Assembly: GCA_020891255.1 (NCBI GenBank)
Contig: BQFW01000005.1
Coordinates: 310,001 to 374,000, forward strand
Origin: Entomortierella parvispora E1425
Taxonomy: Eukaryota > Fungi > Mortierellomycota
DNA: 64,000 bases
Direction: 5' to 3'
Position 1 is the first letter of the stretch. Every line of letters begins with the position of its first letter. Below are positions 50,457-61,063 of this stretch, one piece after another. The position numbers were made by a program, and so were the translations under genes. The notes below the pieces were generated by a model. It saw only the letters and a program-made list of their open reading frames with translations. It had not been told where the DNA came from and did not search any database.

Positions 50457-53400
50457 AAGCCTAAGCCTAAGCCTAAGCCAAAACCTAAGCCAAAACCGAA
50501 GCCAAAACCTGAGCCAAAACCTGAGCCTGAGCCTGAGCCTGACCCCGATTCTTGGCGTGAATGCAGTTGTGTCTTTGTATGCACGCTGGTCTGCACTCGG
50601 CCCTTCTTAAACGGTGATCCTGTGAAAAAAATATTACGATAAAAGCGAGGATGAGTGATATATTCCTTGACAACTTGTGCTGTACATGTACATGTTGCAA
50701 TGCATGAGGGGGATAAAGTTGCCTTACCTGGCGGTGGCGCCGGCGCACTTGAACTGCTCGCGCTGGCACTGTCAGGCTGATCACCTCGGTTGATTTTATC
50801 GGCCGGCACACTGAATGGAAGATTGGGGCCGTACTTTGACAAAAAGACAAACTTGTCCTGCTTGTCAATTGGCAAAAGGTATGCCGGACGTGATAGGTTC
50901 TCTATGTAGTACTTTGTTGCCACTACCATATTGGACGCCGCAAGAAGGTCCCGGTGGAACCATACCCCACAGCGGGCGCAATGAGCTCGTCGCATGCCAA
51001 CGTAGCCCACAAAGTCGCCCTCCGTTTTACCGGTCCTCTTGCATATAGGGCAGCGACGGGAGGTGTAGTACTCTGGTATCCCAACAACAATGTAACCAAG
51101 ACTTCGTGCCTATCCACATTACATGAGAAAAGGAAATGAACCCCGTTAGTCTCGCGTCCCAGAACGAATATCGGAGGCAGAGGAAGAAAGAACTTACCCG
51201 AGGCAAAAAATGCTTCAGAAAGGTGCCATGAAGGGACGTTTGGTGGCCCTTTGATACCACAGAGAACCCCCCTCTTCCGTCATATCCAATAGCGATGATT
51301 CCTATCCGCTTTGGCTCGCCCTTGCGCAACTTTTTGTTACGAATGTGCGTCCCCATCGCCGTTAGGATGTGATTGGTCAGGATGTCCATCTCTGCGACTG
51401 TCGCCCTCTTGGAGTGAACCATTCTCTTTTGATGACGACTGCCATTGTTGTAGAATGCAGAGAGCAGACGGTATTCCGGCGTTGATGTTTCGGCTATTCG
51501 CTCCTGTGGGCTATTGTCCATCGATGTCAGCTTGGTCTCGTACATTGCTACTGTTTGACCAGTGGTGGTCATTTCCGGCGTGAATTTGCTTGGTGAGATC
51601 AAGTTCTTGAGTTTGAGTGGCGGGGTCGATTGGTCTCCTCCTCCAGCTGGGCTGTTGATGACGGTGTTTCGTTTAAGTCCGTGGGCCTCCCCTCGGTGTC
51701 GGTTGGAAGGTTGGTATACAGCTCTTGTCTTGGCACGTATAGTGTACATGAATTCTGGATCCTTGTCGGCAGAGCGCACGCAAGCAAAGCCAACCATAAA
51801 CTCTTTGCCAGTGTCGATGGCGCCAATATCAACCTCTGCGCCAATGGGAATGAGAGCCCTCAACGCGCTCACGTCCGGGATGGCTGTTGATATGTATGGC
51901 AGAAGGCGTCGGCAGTCGGGAGCAAGAACGTGTCTCTTTGTTCTCTCAATGATCTTTCCCTCAGCGTTTCTTACATGATCAATCTCTGTGATATACCGCT
52001 TTTGCTTTCGAATTCTGAGGTCAATGGCTGACAGGTAGACATGGGATCCATTGGTAACGATCGACCCTCTGTGCATATACGACGGCAAGAAGTTCTGCTT
52101 CGGTCCCCCGGCTGGTTCACCAGGGACAGAGGAAACAGAGGTGTATGTCGGTGTTCGTTGCTCCATCAAGTACTGGCTCGAACTGCAGCTCTCAGGCAGG
52201 GTGTCAAGATTCTCTCGTAGATCAGCCATTTCCTTCATCAAGACTGTCGTTATCTTGCCATCGGCCCCATTGCCGAGCGGGGTGATCAGCCTCGTGAGAA
52301 GCCAGCCTGGCTCTTTGCGGCTGAGCTCAGAAGAGATCAGATTGCCTCCTCCTATCAGCTTGATGTAGGCCGCGATGGATTTAACACGATAAAGGTGCTC
52401 CCAGAGGTCTCTCTCGCTCAGTCTGATATAGCCGTACCGAACAGGAGACTGCGGTAGAGTAATCGGGATCCCGGCTTCCTTGTCGATAAAGTATCTCCTC
52501 ATCTGACATGCTAGACGCACGCCCAGCTGCTTGATGTATACCCCGTCTAGAACTAGATCCGTAGTGCCCGAGAGTAGGTTTCCCTTTGCTATGAGGCGCA
52601 GGTTGGACTCTTGGAGCTTGACCATATCGATATATAGGTCGTAGATTTTCTTGACAAGTGTGTGGTTGTAGTTGGTGGTTTTCGAAGGTGACTTCTGGCG
52701 GATTTGCTGGAGAATAGAGGTGATAAAAGAATCATTGTCTCCTTTGACCCCAGATTCGTCCTTGGTCTCGTCTTCTCTTCCATCATTGCCATCTTTGTCT
52801 TCGTCCCCATCTTCACCACCGTCGTCAGAAGAGGCGTCATCCTCCTCCTCATCATCACCACCATCATCATCATCTGATTCCTCGACATCCAAGGACCCTT
52901 CCGTATCAGAGATGATGGAGCCTTCATCTTCGGGATATTGGATAGGTTGATCGATATCCATGTCGGTAGAGCCTTGGGCCGGTTGATCAACATCCATGGC
53001 TGAAGGACCTTGGATAGATGTTGGCATATCAGACTGACTAGACGTAGGGGCGCTCAGACTTGTCTTCTTTTTGCCCTTGTTCTTTTTCATTTTTGCTAGT
53101 CGTTTCTGGCTTGCACTGCCGAGGACGTCCTTGAGGAGACCGTCTATTTTGGCCTTGAATTCTTGGTCGGAAAGTCCAGTTTTGGCTGCAGACACGATCT
53201 TCTTTGAAATGAATAGGGCTGCCTTCAAGTCACGTAGGTCGTCAGCGCTCGCGCTGTTGACGAACAACGACATTGCAGCTTGGCCATGGCGCTCCAACTC
53301 GTTGCTCACTCGGACAATACGGCGGATCGTCTTGATCGTAGCCAACTTGGCCGCTTTTATCGTTTCGGGTGCCTTCTTGGTTTCGTCCTCACCTGCCGTC

Positions 53401-55625
53401 GGATCAAAACGGTTTGGAACCTGGATTGCTTCTGCGATATTCTTTCCGAGCTGGCCAATGTTGAGGGTCGTGTGTGCATGACGTGCAGTGAGACTCTTAA
53501 CGAGACTGGTTTTGGTTCTTGGATTCTCCAAGTCGGGCTGCTTGAACGGTTTGGGCTTTGATGTGGGCTTGGCCGCAGGCTTGGCCTTCTTGGACTCTTC
53601 CGACGCGAAAACTGTGTACGGTTTGAATGGCTTGAAGACGACCTCTTCTGGTGCTGTTGTCATCTCTTCCATCTCTGTGTCACCATCTTCAGCGTTCACA
53701 ACGTTGATGCTCTTGATCTTGTGTACATGGATCCCATATTGCTTGGAGGGCATCTCGTGGAATTTTCGGTCCTGGTGCTCTTTTTTGCACTCCTCCGCTC
53801 GGAGACTGACTTGCTCATCTCGTTTGGCCCGCCGAGCTTTCACGCTGTCGATATGACGCTTTTGACGTGCGGCAGGATCATTCTCGTTAACAGTCGCGCT
53901 AGCCAGATCGGTATCAGCGTCTTGCATGACTGTATCAGAGATATCAGACGAGCCTTGAGCAGAAAGATGTGCCTGTGAGGACTGGGCAATTGGACGACCT
54001 TGACTCTGGCCTGGAATGGGAAGGAGGGGTGAGAACCCAAAGCCTTGAGCTGGTGAAGTAATCGAGAGATCTTGAATCCCTGCAGATAGTGGGCCGGTCA
54101 GCACAGTTGCTGGAGGAACTACAAGACCTTGGCCCTGGCTCTGAACGACTTGTAGCATTGAACTCTCGTCTTCTTTGACTGGATCTGCGCGAGGGTCTCG
54201 TTGCACAGTCTTGAAAGCATTGTAAAACTTGCCCTTGTACCGCCTGGGTGGCTTACCACCCTCACTGAATATGAGAAGGAAGAGTATTGAAAAGACAATA
54301 TCACGTTAGAACATAGAGTCGAGACAGCGCCAAAAGGGAGCAGCGAGAAACGATGGAACGGTGGAGAAGCAATTGCCTACCTTGATTTCGCTTGCTTTTG
54401 TGACTTGAGTACTTCTCGGCGAAGGATACCTGCATCGAGCATACCTTTCTTCAGGAGGACAGCTTTTGCTTGTACAGCCATCTCAACCGTCGTCTTCTCG
54501 TTCTTTTGTTCTTCATTGAGAATTGTCTCTTTACCATCAACAAAGATCCTCCGTGATGCAGCCATGTCCACCTTCTTTGAAGCAGAAGCATCCAAAGCAA
54601 TTGCGGTCACGGCCGCTATCACCATGACGTCCATGCTATACCCCATGAGGATCGCAGACACATCGTCCTCTAAATGGAGACAAAGGGACGTAGGCGTACA
54701 AGTCAGCATTCACGCAGCGAGGTGCAGAAGGTCTGCGATCGTATTTAATGTAAAATTGAGAACTTACTCTCAGGAATGGACTTGATAATACGCGAGTTCT
54801 TTCCAATACCAAGGCCAGGCAGGTTCGAACTGTAGTCAGTATTGGATACACAGCCCAGCGCTGTATACTGAGCCCGAGTCCACCCAGATTTCGCCAAGAG
54901 CTCATCGATTTTGTACTGGATGTACTTCTTGCCAGAGGGTCGCAGAAGGGTCGGAATCGACGGGTGGATGCGTAGTCACAGTCGTTGCCGACTACAACAA
55001 ACTCGGTCTTTGTGGATACCAACTGCTTGGCCCGATGAACAATCGCCAGATCAGCCTCGCCCTCTACAAGGTAGACTTTTTCAGAGGGGCATTGGGGGTA
55101 TCGTTCTCCCAGAAAAGCACGGAGTCGGTCCGCATCTGAGGGTGCAGAAATGTTGGTCGCGGAGCGCTTGGTAAAGCGAGCAAGAAGTTGTTTCTCTAGT
55201 TCAACGGAAAGCCTTTTCTTGAATTCATAGGTGACCGGCGTACATGACTTGAGGAGTTTCGAGCACTTTTTGTAGTCGGCCTTCTTGATAGATCGACCGA
55301 GCTTTGCATTCTCCATCATTTGTTCGACAATCTTTTCCGCCATGTCAAGATTGGACGTCTTGTCGCGCCGTGCCATACTGGTAGCATGCTTCTCTTTGTT
55401 GCCGAGACCATCGAGATAGAACTCCACATCGCCGCCCTCTGGGAACCGATTTAAGATGATTCTGGCAACATATTCCTCCGGCTTGCCCGTCTTGCAGTTG
55501 TAGACAGCTCGAACCATGTCTGGGTGGAACGATTCCACGTCCACGAGAATATGGCAGTTTGGCAGATGAACTTTTGGAAGCTCCTTGGCCGTACCTACAA
55601 CGGCCATAAGGCCAGCGCCGCCCAT
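49577..55625 (-). CDS. PIN (XPG/FEN1-like) nuclease - Fanzor (TnpB-like RuvC) fusion gene, 5 exons, one 1-nt frameshift
   Basis: Exons 55625-54768, 54669-54381, 54264-51198, 51109-50728 and 50619-49577 are joined by GT-AG introns. PIN motifs: MGxxGL, VDVES, LDG, EGEAD, NDCD, NTDY. RuvC motifs: [18 protein letters not shown]...[14 protein letters not shown]. Confidence 0.85.
49780..50105 (-). repeat. 54-bp coding tandem repeat (~4 units, alternating variants) plus a ~78-bp duplication
   Basis: Encodes [18 protein letters not shown] repeats in the Fanzor C-terminal tail. Confidence 0.9.
50240..50545 (-). repeat. Hexamer repeat (GCTCAG and variants) encoding (SG/FG/LG)n
   Basis: Directly visible CTGAGC arrays on the + strand. 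Confidence 0.9.
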
Positions 55626-56933
55626 TGTATCAGCAGAGTTCCAGCAATGGACGGTCGAATCAAGAGACTACGAGAGGGTTGATGTTCCTAGCAGGAAATG
55701 GGTTCCACTGGATAGAAACCACTCTTTTTTTTTTTTTTTTTTTTTTTTTGGTCAGCCTCTTTCTACGTGAACAACATCAATGGAAAACTTGGCTGCACTT
55801 GCTGTACTATACCTGTTGTCGGCCGTGGACAGAGGGTTATTTATTGGAGTTGGCTTTTGAGGAGAGCTGCCATTAGAGAAAGAAGCATGAGGGTACTGCC
55901 CATTGTGTCTCATTGACAGCGGGCGAAACAACGCAAGCAAGACATACCTCAAGTACGGTGAAGCAAAGAGTGTTGAGAGTGAGGTAGTTGGAGAGATGAG
56001 GAAGCAAGAGTATCAGGGAGTGGGTTTGACGAGCGGCGGAGCGAGAGGGGGAAAAGGCGACAGGAAGGAAAGAAACAAAACAGATGCGGGGCGAGGGATC
56101 AGCAGCTTTTTTTTTTTTTTTTCGTTTGCCATCACAGACAAACACCGCGCGCGCCCCTTGTTTCCACAGGCCGTGGTATCTGTCGCGACAAAATAACTCA
56201 GTTCGCGGTGTCCTCGGGACAGTTTGGGGGTGCTGCTCGCATGAGGAAACTCACGCTCGGTCTCCAATTGAGCCCCCCTGTCTCTTTGACGGCCCGATTT
56301 GGACAGGGCCATCGCAAACAAGTGCTCCGCCTCTCTCTCAAAACTGTTTGTGCTACCACGGGAGCGTGCCGAAACAATAGAATCTGTTTGTGGAATATAT
56401 TTTCTTGTCAACACAGAAAGAAAAAAAAGATGGGCGCGGCCTACGACAGAGCTCTTCTCTGCTTGCACTTTGCCAAATGCAAGGCGTCTTCCTCAAAGGT
56501 CCTTTCATTGGTGGATTCTGCACTTGAGCATGGAAAAAGAAACGCGAGGATGGTTCATGCACTTTGCCAAATGCCTTGCATTTGGCATTTTCCTTTTCTC
56601 TGTCGACTTTGCGCTGATGGTCGCCCCCTATTTTCACGGTTGATAGATAGGACACGCGCAACAAATCGGACGCGGGTCCTGGTGGAAAAGGATGGTGCAA
56701 GGCTACAAGGATACCCCAACGTTCAGAATTGGACTTACCCGAATCTATCCCAACAAACAGCTTTGGTGTTGGGGCATCCGCAACAATTATTATTCAGCAA
56801 TCGGCATGCCTGAAAAGTTTTCTTTTATCATGGGAGGTAAGCAACTGAAGACGCTCTATGTGACTGACGAGGGCAACTGTGCAGTGGTTCTCCACTCAAC
56901 AAAGCGGCTGTAAATAACTTATTGCAAGGTCTT

Positions 56934-59070
56934 TTATTTCTTGGCAGGCTGCTGCCTTTTCCGCTTCCTGCTCTGATCCTCAGCAACCCCCATAGACCCA
57001 ATTTTGTTGTATAGCGCCTGAATAGAGTCTAAGAGGTCCTTATCCTCATCTGATATCTGGGTCTTTGAGTGTATCTCCTTTAATTCGGCCAATATACCAT
57101 TTGTATGCCGCCGGATCTTGTTTTTGGATGATGAAGCTATTTTTACCACAATGTTGGTTGAGGCTATCTCATTGTCTCTGACAGGCGTCTCCAAAGCTGT
57201 ATTCCAAGCTGCTGCTACTCGTTTGAACTTGATAGGGTTCTTGTCTTTAACCACAAGCGCAATATGCTTGCAACATCCTTGCGTCCGCCGGAATTGAGGA
57301 CATGAGCAGCTAACAATGTCACCAAGTAGTTGATCTTTGCCAAAATCAAGAGTAATGTTGTAGAAGGACATTGCCGTATCCTCAGCATCAGTGAGGAGGT
57401 TATCCTGGAACGACCGTACCCGAAGTTTTGAATGGTCGTCTGAACCGAAAACAAAATCACCAGAGTATCCCAAAGCTCGTACCTTTGCCATATATGTCTC
57501 TGCCCTGATCCTTGCTTCCATCTCACCCCTTTGGACAGCATGCATTCGACCAATGTTTAACGAGCCATGGTAAAGCTTACGCTGATAGTGCGGTATCACA
57601 GCCTTGGTCATGATAAAGATAACCATGTCAGGACGCCTTTTCCGCCTGTCCTTAAAAAAGTGTGTCTTCAGTGAGTTGTGCCATGATTCGACATGATTGT
57701 TGGTGTCAATTGTTGGAACACCGATACCCTGTCGATAACAAAGCATCCATCGTTCAGGCTTCCCATCCTTCAAATAATTGTCTTCCATGGCCCGTTTGCT
57801 TCCTGTCCTTTGGAATGTCCGGATCGCTATACTTTGTCCTAAATTATTGACCAACGCCAATGCTCTATCCATCTGTGGCTCATACATCATTGTCTTGAGC
57901 AAGACCAGTATCTACATGTAGAATGAGCAAAAAAATATTATCAGACCCTTATGATTGATTGCGTAGAGCTGTGAGAGTTTCGTACCTGTTCATGGGGATC
58001 AGCGCGCTCTGCAAAAGTGAAATGCACTTCATCTCTGAAAGGCAGCCTGTCTTGATCGTCTCCCTAAGGATCTTCCGGTTACGTTTGCGTACCACGGCCT
58101 GTTCAGTGCCAGTCATAGCCGTATCATTACCATCAGTCGTTTTCGTCTTTTTCAGGTGTCCTGATCGGTTACACTTGAACACCATGATGTCCAAGAGTAG
58201 TTCGGCTGGAGCCATGGTACGTGTATTGTCCTCGCCCTGTCCTGAACTCAACTCCAAGAAAATTCGCATGGCTTGTCTTCCATTCCTCGAAGTCCTTCTT
58301 CAAGACAAAAAAACAAAGCTGAGGTGCTCTCGCCTGGCCAGCCCAGCCTAAACGCTCAGTGATGCGATGGTCAAGGTCAATACCCAGCGATTTGGCGGCA
58401 ACCTCAATGAATCGATCGGCAAAAGCATATCCTTTAGTTGATTCAGAGGCCGTGCGAAGTTGTTGTGCTTTAACAAGCATGCGGCTCCGTTCTAACGCCT
58501 GTAAATGAGATCAGCATCAATATGAAAAAAAGCATAAAAAAAGCATAAAAAACATATAGTTCTCCTACCTCCAGACTGTCTATAGGCGATACTTGTTTTG
58601 CAACTAGTTGGTCTTCGTCTTCATCGCAGTCATCATCAGGCAGAGTGGGTGAGTCTGATAATAATAGCTCTTCTATCTTGGAAAAGGCGCCGACGATTGA
58701 CTCCAAGGCGTCTGGTGGTTCAGCGCCACGAGCATCACCGATATCTAAATTCAGTGTCTTGAAACAACGAGAAATGAAGCGTTGTCTTCAATAACCAGCT
58801 GAAGTAATCACAGGTACCACGGGACAGCAGAGATCACTTACTTTGGGACCAAAGCTATCACTGAGAAGGAAATCGCTCTGAGAGTTGAGGATCTGAGGGG
58901 CGGGGATCTGAGAGGCGGGGATCAAAGTTGATAACTGGACAATTAGACAAGTTTCGAAGCTGTGGTATGCTTGATGTCATCGGCAAAAGCAGCATACATA
59001 GACTCCATCTCCCGCCGAGTCCGAGTCATCGTCTGAATTCATGGTTGGCAGTGGTACTGTATATGAATCC
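56934..59070 (-). mobile_element. Defective Mutator-like (MULE) transposase gene with SWIM zinc finger
   Basis: FKCNRSG...KTGC DNA-binding-like motif, DTNNHVESWHNSLK, and SWIM CSCPQFRRTQGCCKH. The central DDE region is absent, there is a frameshift near 58240, and the splice phase at 57984/57912 does not match. Confidence 0.8.
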
Positions 59071-59412
59071 ATTTGTGTGATGGCGCAAGATGGTGTTTGT
59101 GGACTCGAAAGGTTTTGTGACTGCGATAAATCCTCACATCCACTCGGTCTGCGCTCGTGGCGTGCCTCTTTGCACATGGTAAAAGATACACTCGCGCCAT
59201 CAATGACAAACAACATTTCCATGGACCCAGCCAAGAGAAAGAGAGACAGTAACAGTCTGGAGCCAGTCATCTCGACGCCCAAGAACGATGCAGGACCAGG
59301 AATTGCCCCTGAGATGTAAACAACTAGTCACCATTAGCAGGACAAAACCTATGGACTCGAAAAGAGGTGCTGACCTTTGATCCTGTGTCTTCCTCGTCTA
59401 TATAGGTCTACC

Positions 59413-60520
59413 ATGGTGAACCTCCTAGCTTCCAGTGTTCAGGGCATGCAGGGATCACTTGGAAATGCATATCAGGTGTGCCTATGTTTTCTCAATATTT
59501 CAGATGTATTTATCAAGGCAGCAGGCTAATCATTCAGTCTCGTCTTAGTCTATGGCAAACCAACTCAAGCAAAGCATGGAGATGACACACACTATGAGCA
59601 ACATGATGGAGATGTTCCTCGTATCAAGCCTTAGCGTCTGTAAGCTGCCTACCGTGACCAAGATTGTCATAATTTTATCATCTCTCAAGGTTTCTGACTG
59701 CTGCATTTGTTCTTAGGTTCTCGTATTGAACGCGATGGACGATCAGAAAAGCCACTGTTGATTATCACCACAGAGAACAAAAGCCAATTTCCAATTCCTA
59801 ATGTCTCTGGAACCTTGAGGATGGGAAGAATTGACGAGGAAGATAACACATTTACTCAAAGCTTCGATTCGAACGCGAATCTGAAATCCAGCACCCTCAT
59901 CCCCGCCAAAAAGTAACATAACTGACCAGCAGTCTTCAAAAACATCCGGTTTCATGAATTGAGGTCGTCTAATTCAATCTTGTCGTAAATTTAGAGGCGT
60001 AAAAGACACAACAAAGAGAGAACATTCGATTTATTGGGCAGAAGAAGACTCTCCACCAAAAGATATCAGTCTGGATGTACTACTGCCTGGGTCAAAGCTA
60101 GTGGATGTCTTCAGCCTGGATCTGGATAGTTTTGACGAATGGGTGATTCTTATTGAAGCCAGTTTTAAAAGTCCCGGGACAGGAAAGAAACTTTTCAAGA
60201 AGCATGAATGCTGCGTCTACTTGATTGATCAGGTATGCTTGGGTCGTACCTGGTTGCGTTGCTTATCACACATCTACTAATGATTCGGTTGTTGAAATTA
60301 GTGCAAAATCGAGTTGTACTGGTCATTGGACACAATACCGAGAGACGAATATCAACAAAGTGTTCAACCCAGGATGATGATCAAGTCATTTCGCGAAGTT
60401 TTTCATGTACCGGTCGTAGATGGGGTTAAGGTCGGCATGCGTTTTGTGCTGAGTCCATCTGGGGTAAGAGGAGTTATAGATCAAGATCTTGTCATGATTA
60501 GAATCCCTCAAGTGATCTGA
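59413..60520 (+). CDS. Possible multi-exon hypothetical gene
   Basis: Coding-like segments (YWAEEDSPPKDISLDVLLPGSKLVDVF...; CKIELYWSLDTIPRDEY...IRIPQVI*) are separated by GT..AG sites. The full model is not resolved. Confidence 0.3.
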
Positions 60521-61063
60521 CCCTCTCTTCTCTTGCACGCGGTAGATGTACGCCAGTGTTATTGGCAAGGTAATAGATATTTTGGAAGATGATCAAGTTC
60601 TTCAGCTGGACCTTTGGTTGGATGAAAATGACGACGACATCGATCTGGACCGAATTGGGAGTGAGCTGATGGTCCTTGGGGGCGCGTACCCATCGTTGAA
60701 GCAATAAAGATGCGACATAGAAGTCTAGGTGCTGTGAGAGAAAAAGAAGTGAAAATTGCCAAGGCGCCCATACTCGCATGCAATTCAGGAAATTCCCACA
60801 AAATCCTATTGGCCTCGAACGGACAGGCAAAAAGACGTGTGGTTGCGCGAAAAGAGAGAGACCCTCTGTCCACTTTTTTTCGACTTTCTTTCAACAACCT
60901 CATTATCCCTTTTTTCTTTCATGCACATCGGCATCCATCCCTCACTTCAGGAGCCGACATTTTTCAGATCCTCATTGGCAGTCTGAAGAGAACGAAAGCT
61001 GCACGCGCAATTGCCATCTCATTCAAACCGCTTGGCTGGCATTCAAATACTTGACATTGGACA

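Noticed and set aside
48724-61000. Terminal inverted repeats for the MULE/Fanzor island
   Set aside because: No convincing inverted match found by eye between the left and right flanks; needs einverted.
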